Source: Nitrospirota bacterium (GTDB lineage: Bacteria > Nitrospirota > UBA9217). From it: 64,000 nucleotides of DNA. The position numbers and the translations under genes are program-made. Where the stretch lies: the NCBI GenBank assembly GCA_963737155.1, contig CAVTRN010000002.1:2368001-2432000 (forward strand), in the 5' to 3' direction. This document shows positions 29,806-41,538 of the stretch, piece after piece (positions within the stretch are counted from its first letter, which is position 1; the number at the start of each line of letters is the position of its first letter). Below the pieces are notes generated by a model, which had not been told where the DNA came from, ran no database searches, and saw only the letters and a list, made by a program, of their open reading frames with translations.

Positions 29806-31524
29806 ATGAGCAATCTGCACGACTTTACTGATGAACCCCTGATCGCTTATTTTTCCATGGAGATCGGCGTTAAGAATGACATCCCCACCTACAGCGGCGG
29901 CCTCGGCATTCTGGCCGGCGACACGATCAAATCAGCCGCCGACTTGGACCTTCCCCTCGTTGCAGTCACTCTTATCAGCCACAAAGGATATTTTTCCCAG
30001 CAAATCGACACCAGCGGATGGCAAAAGGAGATACCGGTCGCTTGGGACCCCGCTGCCTATATGAAGCTCCTGCCGGAGAAAGTCGTCGTTTCCATCGAGG
30101 GGAGGGATGTTTACGTTCAGGCCTGGCTCTATATCGTAGAGAGTCCCACAGGCGGCAAAGTGCCCATTCTCTTCCTTGATACCGATCTTCCCGAGAATTC
30201 GCCGGAAGATCGGGTAATTACTGATTCTTTATACGGGGGCGACAGCACATATCGCATCAAGCAGGAAATCGTGCTGGGTATGGGCGGAGTACGCATGCTT
30301 CAAACGCTCGAATTCCATATTAAAAAATTCCATATGAATGAAGGGCATGCAAGTTTCCTCGCCCTTGAGCTGCTCCTCCGGTTCAGGCGAGATATCGAAA
30401 GCGTCTGGGATGAGCGGTCGGTCTGGGACGTTGCCCGCGTCCGCGATCTCTGCGTATTTACGACACATACCCCGGTCGAAGCAGGCCATGATAAATTCCC
30501 CTATCCCCTCGTAAAACAGGTGCTCGGCGATATATTTCCCCTAGACGTGCTCAAAGACCTCGCTGGCAAAGAAAACCTGAACATGACGCTGCTTGCACTC
30601 AGCCTGAGCAAGTACGTCAACGGAGTTGCGAAAAAACACGGTGAGGTTTCCCAACATATGTTTCCCGGCTATCACATCCACGCCATCACAAACGGCGTTC
30701 ACACCTTTACCTGGACCTGTCATGACATGGCAAAACTCTTCAACAAGTACATACCGGGGTGGGCGAACGAGCCGGAGCTTTTCGTGCGTTCCGGCAGTAT
30801 TCCTGAACTGGAGCTGTGGGAAGCCCATCGCGAGGCAAAAAGAAAACTGCTGACTTATGTCGGGGAAACAACGGGCATTGTCATGGATACGAATGTCCTT
30901 ACACTTGGTTTTGCACGCCGCGCGACAGCATACAAACGACCACATCTGCTCTTTCACGATATAGACCGTCTGCTCGAAGTCAACGCGAAGGGGAGGCTCC
31001 AAATCATTTACGCGGGTAAATCGCATCCCCATGATGATAATGGAAAACGGCTGATCCAAGGGATCTACGGCTATCGCGACAAACTCAAGGGGAAAATATC
31101 CATCGCGTTCCTGTCCGGTTACGATATGGACATCGCGCTCAAACTAGTGTCAGGCGTCGATGTGTGGCTCAACACTCCGCTCAGGCCTCTTGAGGCTTCA
31201 GGCACCAGCGGCATGAAAGCCGCCCATAACGGCGTGGTTAACTTCAGTGTTCTTGATGGCTGGTGGATTGAAGGGCATATCGAGGGGTTCACCGGATGGT
31301 CCATCGGAGGACTAGCATCGGAGACGACCCTGCCGGGCATGTCAGATGTAGAGGATGCGGCGGACCTTTACATGAAGCTCGAGCAGCACATCATCCCTCG
31401 CTACTATGATCCGAACAAGAGCCACTGGAGCCGCATGATGAAGAACGCCATCAGTAAGAATGCCTACTACTTCAACAGTCACCGTATGATGAGAAGATAT
31501 GTGACGGAAGCGTATATAAGATAG
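29806..31524 (+). CDS. glgP: Alpha-glucan (glycogen) phosphorylase
   Basis: AYFSME, YSGGLG, HMNEGH, FTTHTP, ARRATAYKR, EASGTSGMKA (PLP lysine). Confidence 0.95.
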   Translation: MSNLHDFTDEPLIAYFSMEIGVKNDIPTYSGGLGILAGDTIKSAADLDLPLVAVTLISHKGYFSQQIDTSGWQKEIPVAWDPAAYMKLLPEKVVVSIEGRDVYVQAWLYIVESPTGGKVPILFLDTDLPENSPEDRVITDSLYGGDSTYRIKQEIVLGMGGVRMLQTLEFHIKKFHMNEGHASFLALELLLRFRRDIESVWDERSVWDVARVRDLCVFTTHTPVEAGHDKFPYPLVKQVLGDIFPLDVLKDLAGKENLNMTLLALSLSKYVNGVAKKHGEVSQHMFPGYHIHAITNGVHTFTWTCHDMAKLFNKYIPGWANEPELFVRSGSIPELELWEAHREAKRKLLTYVGETTGIVMDTNVLTLGFARRATAYKRPHLLFHDIDRLLEVNAKGRLQIIYAGKSHPHDDNGKRLIQGIYGYRDKLKGKISIAFLSGYDMDIALKLVSGVDVWLNTPLRPLEASGTSGMKAAHNGVVNFSVLDGWWIEGHIEGFTGWSIGGLASETTLPGMSDVEDAADLYMKLEQHIIPRYYDPNKSHWSRMMKNAISKNAYYFNSHRMMRRYVTEAYIR

Positions 31525-31565
31525 TTTTTTGAGCGCGTTGGGTCAGGAGTCGTGTGAGTGAAATA

Positions 31566-31770
31566 TTGGTTCTTATCGAATGCTTCGAGGATATTCCTGT
31601 CTGGCAGAATGCGAGGGAATTTACGTGATCAACCTATCATGAAACAGACAGTGGCGCTTTTGCAAAAGTTTATTCCCTTCGAGATCCCTTGCGGCGTCCG
31701 GCAGTGTTAATCATTCTGAATATCACCTAGGGATTCGGTAAAAAACCGATAAGTAAATGAACAAACATAC
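31566..31770 (+). pseudogene. Four-helix-bundle (23S rRNA IVP-like) protein remnant
   Basis: IECFEDIPVWQNAREFT*STY...FAKVYSLRDPLRRPAVLIILNIT*GFG matches the family pattern FEDL.VWQ.A...LRDQ.RRAAVSI..NIAEGF, with in-frame stops. End coordinate approximate. Confidence 0.75.
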
Positions 31771-31954
31771 ATCAAGCTGCATGGAAATTGCGAGTTAAAA
31801 GTATCTTGCAAGTGAGCATATGCGTACTTATAACTTATGTTTAGTTGAAGAATATTTCCATTATAATTTCTCACAAAGAAAACCAGCACAAAAACGAAAA
31901 GACCTGCCCGCTTGCCACCCCTCACGCTTTATGCCTCGTAGAGGAACGCGGACA

Positions 31955-32289
31955 GATGTTCAACAGATCAGCCATGGCCATTACAAGCGTCGATTTGTCC
32001 CTATTCAGAGAATTGCCGATATACGTTTTGTCGTGTCTCCTTAAGTGAGTCTCACACTCTCCGCATCGACGAGCTGATTGACAATATCAATAAAGGGAAT
32101 AGGAAACTGCCGGCGGAGAAAGATCGCGATGGTATACCCGCTGATGAATCTGAGATGGCCAAGAATTTCTCCTGCCTTGGCACCTCCCTTTTTTCTCGTC
32201 AAGGACGCGTTTGAGTTGGCTCTCCTTGATCATACTGCCGGCAACGAGCATTTCTCCGACCATCTTTCTCTTTCATAAGGAACAATCAT
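31955..32289 (-). pseudogene. Decayed PilB/GspE N-terminal (MshEN-type) fragment
   Basis: GAGG SD, then MIVPYEKRKMVGEMLVAGSMIKESQLKRVLDEKK / GGAKAGEILGHLRFIS...RQFPIPFIDI..VDAESVRLT* ... TLVMAMADLLNI; frameshifts and stops present. Confidence 0.75.
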
Positions 32290-32613
32290 AGTCCTCTTCC
32301 CGTAATGCCCCCATCCCCTTGAATATTAAGCAGATGGCGGTTGTATCAGATTGTATGATAATACTGAAATTGAGTCACGAAAATAGTGTCGATGCATTTT
32401 CATATTAATAGAGAAAAGTATGCTTTTTTTACTCAGGAAATTAAAGATAATTCGTTGCCATCCCGATAAGATAAATGCTTCGCGTCCATAGGCAAGCTTG
32501 AACAGCGGCCTTGTGTAGGATTCATCTTTTACTTTTACTTTTAATCTCAATAGGTTATATTGTGCCAAGTCGATATAATTCACGCAAACCCTGACAAAAT
32601 AGCGCAAAAATTT

Positions 32614-34137
32614 ATGAACTTAGATCATTTGACAAGTGAGCATTGGCTGCGGGCTATCATTGGAACGGCTCCGGAATGCCTTATGATCCTTGCCGCCAAC
32701 GGATCAATTCAGGAAATGAATCCAGCCGGTCTCGCGTTGCTGGGAGCAAATTCCCCCGGCCAGGCCGTTGGTATTTCACTGTACGACTTCGTTGCTCCGG
32801 ATTATCATGCGGCCGTTCATTTGCATCTGGATGAAATTCTTGGAGGCTGTACCGATATTCTCGAATACGAACTTATCGGCTTCAAGAAAAATCGCCTGTG
32901 GGTTGAAATGCATTCCGCGCTGCTTAAAGAAGGGCGCACTGCGCATCCAGCAATCCTGAGCATCTGCCGTAACATAACAAAGCACAAAAAAATGGAGGCG
33001 CAACTCCGTCATGCCCAGAAGATGGAGGCCATCGGTACGCTGTCAGGCGGTATCGCCCACGATTTCAACAATATTCTCACGGCGATCATCGGATACAGCA
33101 ATATCCTCAAGCTGAAACTCAAGCCGGATGACCCGGTACGAAGTTTTGTCGATCAAATCCTGGCCTCATCGGAGCGGGCTACGGGGCTCACGCAGAGCCT
33201 CCTAACCTTTAGCCGGAAAACGGCCACATCGATGCGATCTACGATGTTAAATGAGACGGTAGCGAGAGCTGAAAAGCTCATCCGCCAGTTCATAGGAGAT
33301 ATCATAGAGTTGAAGATTGAACTGGTCAAGGCCGATACGACGGTGGTAGCGGACTCGGGCCAGATCGGTCAACTTCTGGCAAATCTGGCGACGAACGCGC
33401 GGGATGCCATGCCGAACGGCGGGTTGTTCTCGCTTTCTACGGAAATCAAAGAGATAAATAATGAATTCATTCGCAATTACGGATATGGGAAGCTGGGATT
33501 CTATGTGGTCATGAATGTCACCGATACGGGAACGGGCATGGACGAGAAAACACGGGATAGGATTTTTGAACCGTTCTTCACGACAAAAGAAATCGGGAAA
33601 GGAACAGGGCTGGGCTGTTCAATCGTTTACGGAATAGTCAAACAACACCATGGGTTCATCAGCTGCAGCAGTGAACCAGGTCAGGGAACGGCATTCAGCA
33701 TCTACCTTCCGCTCGTGAATCCCTCAGCCCTCGAACCGGAATCGAAAACCTCAGTTATTCCCCGGGGCGGCACGGAAACAATTCTGATTGCCGAGGACGA
33801 TCAAGAAGTCAGAAAACTCGCCGTAACATTTTTGCATGATTTTGGGTATACCATAGTCGAGTCTGAAAACGGAGAAGAAGCCGTCCAGCAGTTTCTGCAA
33901 TATAAGAATAAGATCTGTTTGCTCTTATTCGATGTCGTCATGCCGAAAATAAATGGGAAAGAAGCCTATGAAGAAATCAGGCGCCTGTCACCGGGGATTA
34001 AAATCCTTTTCATGAGCGGGTACAGCACCAGTACAATGATCAATAAAAGCATCATAGGAGAAGGGCTTGATTTTGTTTTAAAACCCACATCACCCGAAAC
34101 TCTCCTGAAAAAAGTTAGGGAGGTCCTTGATAAATGA
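32614..34137 (+). CDS. Cytoplasmic PAS-domain hybrid histidine kinase
   Basis: [37 protein letters not shown]-terminal receiver domain. Confidence 0.93.
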   Translation: MNLDHLTSEHWLRAIIGTAPECLMILAANGSIQEMNPAGLALLGANSPGQAVGISLYDFVAPDYHAAVHLHLDEILGGCTDILEYELIGFKKNRLWVEMHSALLKEGRTAHPAILSICRNITKHKKMEAQLRHAQKMEAIGTLSGGIAHDFNNILTAIIGYSNILKLKLKPDDPVRSFVDQILASSERATGLTQSLLTFSRKTATSMRSTMLNETVARAEKLIRQFIGDIIELKIELVKADTTVVADSGQIGQLLANLATNARDAMPNGGLFSLSTEIKEINNEFIRNYGYGKLGFYVVMNVTDTGTGMDEKTRDRIFEPFFTTKEIGKGTGLGCSIVYGIVKQHHGFISCSSEPGQGTAFSIYLPLVNPSALEPESKTSVIPRGGTETILIAEDDQEVRKLAVTFLHDFGYTIVESENGEEAVQQFLQYKNKICLLLFDVVMPKINGKEAYEEIRRLSPGIKILFMSGYSTSTMINKSIIGEGLDFVLKPTSPETLLKKVREVLDK

Positions 34138-35207
34138 TTAATAAGGATAAAAGTACCCTCCTGATCGTTGATGACGATCCCTACGTTCTTGAATCCATTT
34201 CGACATTACTGAGAGAATATGGGTATAACGTCTTCGCCTGCCAGAACGCAAACGACGCATTCAGAATGGTAGAAAAAGTTCATTTTGACGTCGTCCTCAC
34301 CGACATCAAAATGCCTCAGGTGACGGGAATCGAACTCCTTCAAAACATCCACTCTTACAACCAGCAGATCCCCGTTATTTTGATGACTGCTTTCGCCGAG
34401 TTGGATGTAGCCGTTGATGCCATCAAACGCGGAGCATTTGATTTTATCACGAAACCCTACAACCCCGACTACCTAATGCACTCCGTGGAAAAAGCCGTTA
34501 AATATACACGTTTCGTCCAGATGGAAAAAAACTACAAATCCATGCTCGAAGACACGGTTAGGCTCAGGACACAGGAACTGGCCGATGCACTCATGATGGT
34601 CAAGAACATGAGCGCTGAAATCATTCAACGGCTGACGGCCGTTGCGGAATACCGCGATACGGACACCGGTGCTCACATTGCTAGGATCGGCCTCTATTCA
34701 GGCAGGATCGCAGAAAGTATGGGCATGCCCATTGATTTTATTGAGATGCTTATCTTTGCGAGTCCCATGCATGACCTTGGCAAAATCGGCATCCCCGACA
34801 GCATCCTGCTCAAACCGGGGGCTCTCAGCAGAGAGGAGTTTGAAGTCATGAAAACCCATACAACGATCGGTGAGAAAATGCTCACGGGCTCTTCCTACCC
34901 AGGCATTAAAGTGGCGGCGGCGGTTGCGTTAAGCCACCATGAACGATGGGACGGCAATGGATATCCGCGCGGGCTAAAAGGTGAAGAGATCCCCATTGAA
35001 GGCAGGATCGTCATGATTGTGGACCAGTACGACGCGTTGAGGAGCACGAGACCGTACAAGCCCGCATTTGACCACGACAAAACAGTGAAAATTATCACTG
35101 AAGGTGACGGGCGCACGATGCCTGAGCATTTCGATCCCACCGTTTTAAAGGCTTTCAAAGAAATAGCTCCTCTTTTTGACGAGATTTACGAGTCTCATCA
35201 AGATTAG
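34134..35207 (+). CDS. Response regulator with HD-GYP c-di-GMP phosphodiesterase domain (RpfG-like)
   Basis: Receiver domain, [31 protein letters not shown] overlap with the kinase. Confidence 0.95.
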   Translation: MINKDKSTLLIVDDDPYVLESISTLLREYGYNVFACQNANDAFRMVEKVHFDVVLTDIKMPQVTGIELLQNIHSYNQQIPVILMTAFAELDVAVDAIKRGAFDFITKPYNPDYLMHSVEKAVKYTRFVQMEKNYKSMLEDTVRLRTQELADALMMVKNMSAEIIQRLTAVAEYRDTDTGAHIARIGLYSGRIAESMGMPIDFIEMLIFASPMHDLGKIGIPDSILLKPGALSREEFEVMKTHTTIGEKMLTGSSYPGIKVAAAVALSHHERWDGNGYPRGLKGEEIPIEGRIVMIVDQYDALRSTRPYKPAFDHDKTVKIITEGDGRTMPEHFDPTVLKAFKEIAPLFDEIYESHQD

Positions 35208-35478
35208 AAAAGATACAGGCCCGTATGGAACTTTTCTTTACTCGTAGGTCTAAGCCAAGTGCCTGCCGCGTCCTTCCTGAAAAAGCATTTAACCAGGGAT
35301 GAACGGAGCGCGACTTGATATCCGAATCATGAATCGTCGGCCGGGCAAAGTACGATCATGGTGCAGTCTCTCGCGCTGTCGTTTTTACGCCGTTTTTGTT
35401 AGTGGTCCCATAAGTTGTTTTCTGTTTCAACGATTCATCTTGACTTGATTTCCCGAGCTATTTGCATTATAGTTCCAT

Positions 35479-35958
35479 ATGCAGAACAAAATAAAAACTC
35501 CGGAAGAGCTCCGTCCTCTCCTCGCTGTCTTACATGCCATCGGGAAAAAGATCGTTTTCACGAACGGTTGTTTCGACATCCTCCATACGGGCCACACACG
35601 CTATCTCATGAAAGCCAAGTCGCTCGGCCAAGTGCTGGTCGTTGCTGTCAATAGTGATTCCTCGGTGCGTATGATCAAAGGGGAGAAGAGACCAATCAAT
35701 TCAGAAACGGAACGAATGGAAACCCTTGCCGCCCTGGAATCGGTTGATTTCGTTACCCTTTTTGACGAGCCCGATCCCTACAATATCATATCGATTCTCA
35801 ATCCCGATGTCCTGGCCAAGGGGGGAGATTGGCCTGTGGAAAAAATTATCGGCGGCGACTTTGTTACGTCGCATGGGGGGCAAGTCATGAATGTGCCCTA
35901 CCTCGAAGGAGCTTCCACGACGGGGATTATTGAAAAAATATTGAAAAAATACAAATAA
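35479..35958 (+). CDS. rfaE2: D-glycero-beta-D-manno-heptose 1-phosphate adenylyltransferase
   Basis: VFTNGCFDILHTGH, NSDSSV..KG..RP, KGGDW, STTGII. Confidence 0.93.
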   Translation: MQNKIKTPEELRPLLAVLHAIGKKIVFTNGCFDILHTGHTRYLMKAKSLGQVLVVAVNSDSSVRMIKGEKRPINSETERMETLAALESVDFVTLFDEPDPYNIISILNPDVLAKGGDWPVEKIIGGDFVTSHGGQVMNVPYLEGASTTGIIEKILKKYK

Positions 35959-35984
35959 GGGACCTTCTCATTTGCCTCCTGTCC

Positions 35985-36389
35985 TCATTCCTCCTTTCGT
36001 TCTTTTTTCCCTTCCTTCTTGCTCTTCTCCCTCTCAATTGAATACAAGGTTGCATCATCAAACCCGAAATAATGTCCAATTTCATGAATCACCGTATCCA
36101 TGATCAGCCTTTCAATATTCCCGGACGCTTCGGCAGCACTTTCGATGGGATGCTGGTAAATGACGATCCGGTCAGGGAGTACATTCCCGTAATTCCACCC
36201 TCGTGATGTCAACGGTACACCTTGGTAGAGGCCGAAAAGCGTGCCTGACTTTATACCCAGATTATTAAGGATTTCCTGAGAAGGACGGTCATCAACCTCA
36301 ATAATGATATTGCGTAGTTTGCTTTTAAATTTTTTAGGAAGTTTTTCGAGTGATTTTTCAACAAGGAGTTCAAAGGCTAGGCGGTCCAT
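35985..36389 (-). CDS. Zincin-like minimal metallopeptidase family protein
   Basis: GLYQGVPL, PDRIVIYQ, HEIGHYFG. Confidence 0.88.
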   Translation of the reverse strand: MDRLAFELLVEKSLEKLPKKFKSKLRNIIIEVDDRPSQEILNNLGIKSGTLFGLYQGVPLTSRGWNYGNVLPDRIVIYQHPIESAAEASGNIERLIMDTVIHEIGHYFGFDDATLYSIEREKSKKEGKKERKEE

Positions 36390-36397
36390 GGCATAAA

Positions 36398-36476
36398 GCA
36401 GATTACAGTCAATCAGAGTACAGACTTAACCTCGCTCATGTCTGTCTTCTGTCAGCTGTCAACTGTCCTCTATCAT
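36398..36476. repeat. Degenerate heptamer tandem repeats in two opposed orientations
   Basis: cagatta/cagagta/cagactt, then ctgtctt ctgtcag ctgtcaa ctgtcct ctatcat (36442-36476). Confidence 0.6.
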
Positions 36477-37802
<1,326 letters not shown>

Positions 37803-37855
37803 TTAGAGCTGACAAGATCATGAAAATGTGCGCTACGCATGTATGACTCCCCTTT

Positions 37856-39286
37856 TTATACGCCCAGGATGAACCGTTTGCCGGCGTCTATAAGATTTTT
37901 CATTTTCTCCTCGGAGGAGGACTCCGCGTACACCCTCACCACCGGCTCCGTACCGGAGGCGCGCATCAGGACCCAGCTGTCGTCTTCGAGCATGTATTTC
38001 GTGCCATCGGCCGTGGTTTTTTTCCCTTTTACCCGCAGCCCTCCGAGTTCGTTCAGGGGCTGGCTGAGGCGATCGCCGACCGTTTTTCTGTTCTGCTCAG
38101 TCAAATGAATGTCGATTCGTTCGTTGAGGATGGTTCCTGTCTCCTTGTACAGCCGCTTAAGCAGTTCCTTGATTGTTTTCTTTTCCAGCGCGATGATTTC
38201 TGTTACCAGCAGGCAGGCAAGAATCCCGTCCTTCTCGGGGACATGATCCTTGATCGTCATGCCCGCGCTCTCTTCCCCGCCGAAGATAATCTTGCCCTGG
38301 ACCAGAAGATCTCCGATGAACTTGAATCCCACACCGGTCTCATATACGTCAATGCCATGTTTCTTCGCAACTGCATCGATCAAATGTGACGTTGCAATGG
38401 AACGAGCAGCACCGCCCTTCCAGCCGCGAGTGCGACAGAGAAAGTCTAGAACGAGTGCAAGCACCTGATTGGGGTTGATATACGTCCCATCCACATCCAA
38501 TATTCCGAAGCGGTCGGCGTCGCCGTCTACTGACAGACCGATATCGAACTTCCCTTTCTTCATCATTGCCGAAAGCTCGGCAAGATTTCCTTCCGACGGT
38601 TCGGGAGAATGACCGCCGAACATTGTGTCGCGATTACCGTGAATGGCCGTGACCGTACACCCCGCATCCCGGAGCGCTGTATCGAGATAATCACGGCCTG
38701 TACCATATAGGAGATCTACGGCAACTTTCAGTTTCGCTTTCCTGATCGATTCAACATCGATTTTTTTCCTGAGGTCGTCCAGATAGTTCTTGCGAAGATC
38801 CACTTCCTCCGCCAACCCTTTATTCAATGCTTCCGGAAGAGACAAAGGTGTTATACAGTTCTTTTCCAGAAGCGCATTAGCTCTTAGTTCAATGTCTTTT
38901 GTCGTTTCGGGAAGAGCAGGTCCTCCCCAGGCTGGAGAAAATTTCAGGCCGTTGTACTGAGGGGGGTTGTGGCTTGCCGTAAAGTTGATACCTCCGGCAG
39001 CCTTTCTACGGATTATCTCGAAGGAAATTGCCGGGGTGGGCGCATCGCGATTCGAAAGATAGGCGTGGATGCCATTTGCACAGACCACCTTGACGGCTTC
39101 TTCCGCAAAGTGCTCGGACATAAAGCGTGTATCATATCCGACAATAACGCCTCTTTCCTTCAGCCCCTGGGAAATAATATGGTCGGCGATGGATTGCGTG
39201 ACGATACGGACCCTTGCGACCGTAAAATCATCGGCAATGACACCGCGCCATCCCGATGTTCCGAATTTTATTTTATCGATAACCAT
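37856..39286 (-). CDS. Phosphoglucomutase/phosphomannomutase family protein
   Basis: FGTSGWRG, TASHNP, DGDADR, GEESAG, RASGTEP. Confidence 0.95.
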   Translation of the reverse strand: MVIDKIKFGTSGWRGVIADDFTVARVRIVTQSIADHIISQGLKERGVIVGYDTRFMSEHFAEEAVKVVCANGIHAYLSNRDAPTPAISFEIIRRKAAGGINFTASHNPPQYNGLKFSPAWGGPALPETTKDIELRANALLEKNCITPLSLPEALNKGLAEEVDLRKNYLDDLRKKIDVESIRKAKLKVAVDLLYGTGRDYLDTALRDAGCTVTAIHGNRDTMFGGHSPEPSEGNLAELSAMMKKGKFDIGLSVDGDADRFGILDVDGTYINPNQVLALVLDFLCRTRGWKGGAARSIATSHLIDAVAKKHGIDVYETGVGFKFIGDLLVQGKIIFGGEESAGMTIKDHVPEKDGILACLLVTEIIALEKKTIKELLKRLYKETGTILNERIDIHLTEQNRKTVGDRLSQPLNELGGLRVKGKKTTADGTKYMLEDDSWVLMRASGTEPVVRVYAESSSEEKMKNLIDAGKRFILGV

Positions 39287-39388
39287 GCTAATTAAAAATT
39301 TATCATAAACAGGAAACCTTTGCAACTTAAAACCAGGAAGCGATTCGCTGACGCTTGGTGATGAAACAATCAACGAGAATGGCGAAGC

Positions 39389-39878
39389 CTAAACAACTTC
39401 TATCCTGATGATTTCTGCCTTGAGCCCTTCTCCTACTTCAAGGAGAGCTACCGAATTATACGGCGCATAACGCTTATCCGTGGGGCTTCCCGGATTCAGA
39501 TAGTAGACGCCGTTTACTTTGCCCCAGAACGGCGTATGAGAATGCCCGTACACGATCAGAATCCACGTCTCCGAACTCTTTCCTGATCATCTCTTGCTGC
39601 ACATCGATTTTAAATTTCCCATGAATGATGCCGGCTTTATACCTCCCGAGGGTGATGACTTTTTTATAGGGGAGCTTTCCTTGGGCTTCCGAGTCATCCA
39701 TATTTCCGGCAACTGCCTCCACTGGCGCGATTGCGCCCAGTTCTTCGAGGACAGACATCTCCACAATATCGCCCGCATGAAGAATAAGATCTACATCCCT
39801 AAAAATATCGAAGATAATGGGGGGGAGGGCCTTCATGATGGTCGGCACATGGGTATCGGAGAGAACTCCTACTTTCAT
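39389..39878 (-). pseudogene. YfcE/MJ0936-family metallophosphoesterase, frameshifted near 39560
   Basis: SDTH, HAGD, GNMD, HG. Removing one base after FGDVD restores LIVYGHSHTP..YLNPGSPTDKRY..., ending at TAG 39389. Confidence 0.85.
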
Positions 39879-39972
39879 GATGACTCCGGTAGAAAAAGAT
39901 TGGGACAGCATCCTTCCGGGATAAGGAACCGCATCATACCGCGGCCCCTTTCGTTCCTCTGAACAGGATTTA

Positions 39973-41226
39973 TCAGATTCCTTTAAATTTTGATTTTAAT
40001 TCTTCAACAACATTGGACAGGGAAACAGAGATCTGCTCTTTGGTCTGCATATTACGGAGAACAGCATGCTGCGACTGTATTTCCTGAGCGCCGACGATCA
40101 GAGTATGGAGTGCCCCGATTTTATCCGCTTTTTTCATCTGGCTTTTAAGACTGCCCCCGGCATAATCAGTGTCAACGCGGATACCTGAGGATTTAAGGGC
40201 ATGCAAGAGCGGAAGCGTGAATGCCACAGCATCGGGACCCAGCGCAGCAATGAACAGTGCCGGCCGCGTGGTCTGAAAGTTGCTGCTGTCCATGAGCGAC
40301 ACGGCCCGCTCGACACCGAGCGCAAAACCGATGCCTGGTGTTGCCGGCCCACCGATTTCCTGGACAAGTCCGTCGTACCTGCCGCCCGCGGCCACGGTGT
40401 TCTGAGCGCCGAGATGCCCCATCACAAGCTCAAAGGTGGTCCGGGTATAGTAATCGAGGCCCCTGACCAGTCGAGGATTTACCTCGAAGGGGATTTCGAG
40501 TCTCTTCAAGCCTCCTTCGACCGTCTCGAAATGTGTTTTACAGGGACCGCAAAGATAATCGAGCATGGCCGGCGAATCGCCAAACTTGTCCGCATCCACC
40601 TTGCAGTCCAGCACACGCAGTGGATTTGTCTCATAGCGTCTCTGGCAATCGCTACACAACGTCGGCAGCTTGGCTTCGAGATACTTTTTGAGTTTTTCAC
40701 GGTAGACACTCCGGCATGCGTTGTCGCCCAGAGAGTTGATCTGCAGAGTGAGGCCGGTGATGCCGAGCTGTGAAAACAATGCATGGAGCATCGCCAGCAT
40801 CTCTATATCGACATGCGGATGGTCGATTCCCAATGCTTCTGCACCAATCTGGTAAAACTGCCGATACCTTCCTTTCTGCGGACGCTCGTGTCTGAACATG
40901 GGCCCCTGGTAATACAGCTTAACGAGTTGACTGTCTGCATAGAGCTTATGCTCGACGAATGCCCGAACTACCCCGGCGGTGCCCTCTGGCCGAAGCGTAA
41001 TTTTTTTGCCGTCCCGGTCCTCGAAGGTATACATCTCTTTCTCGACAATGTCCGTGGACGCCCCAATGCTCCGGGCAAACAGCTCGGTATATTCGAATAT
41101 AGGGACGCGGATTTCAGAAAAACCAAAATCCTCGAACACTCCTCGCGCTGTTTTTTCGAGGAATTGCCAGGATGGGATGTCGACCGGCAATATATCTTTA
41201 ACACCCTTGATTGCCTGAATTGCCAT
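39973..41226 (-). CDS. hisS: Histidine--tRNA ligase
   Basis: LRPEGTA, FRHERPQKGRYRQF, LVRGLDYY, GGRYDGL. Confidence 0.98.
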   Translation of the reverse strand: MAIQAIKGVKDILPVDIPSWQFLEKTARGVFEDFGFSEIRVPIFEYTELFARSIGASTDIVEKEMYTFEDRDGKKITLRPEGTAGVVRAFVEHKLYADSQLVKLYYQGPMFRHERPQKGRYRQFYQIGAEALGIDHPHVDIEMLAMLHALFSQLGITGLTLQINSLGDNACRSVYREKLKKYLEAKLPTLCSDCQRRYETNPLRVLDCKVDADKFGDSPAMLDYLCGPCKTHFETVEGGLKRLEIPFEVNPRLVRGLDYYTRTTFELVMGHLGAQNTVAAGGRYDGLVQEIGGPATPGIGFALGVERAVSLMDSSNFQTTRPALFIAALGPDAVAFTLPLLHALKSSGIRVDTDYAGGSLKSQMKKADKIGALHTLIVGAQEIQSQHAVLRNMQTKEQISVSLSNVVEELKSKFKGI

Positions 41227-41538
41227 TCAAGCTCCTTTATCCCTGCGGCCAATGATTTCAGCCGCAAAGCATTATGTTTTTTCGAGCCATTTCCATAGAT
41301 GGCTCTTGACATCATCCGTTGATTCTTGCAAATTCTGGGTCGTTTGTTTAAATATTATCGAGGGTTTCGTCGATTTTCTTTTTTATTATCGCGACTAGAA
41401 GCTAAAAATATCACATTAAGATGATAATGGTCAATCACAAAGTGATAATACAGAAGACACATTACAGAGTAAACAGTATACTGAGTATTGGAAACATGCT
41501 GTATGGCATTTTTTCTTGCTTCTTCCATTGGCCGTCTA

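Noticed and set aside
41405-41450. Fur/CRP-like AT-rich boxes upstream of hisS
   Set aside because: Only partial half-sites; no convincing palindrome.
41504-41520. Sigma54-like TGGCAT...TTGC (also 43921-43935 and ~53977-53992)
   Set aside because: GG-GC spacing is off by one or two bases, and/or the site faces no gene.
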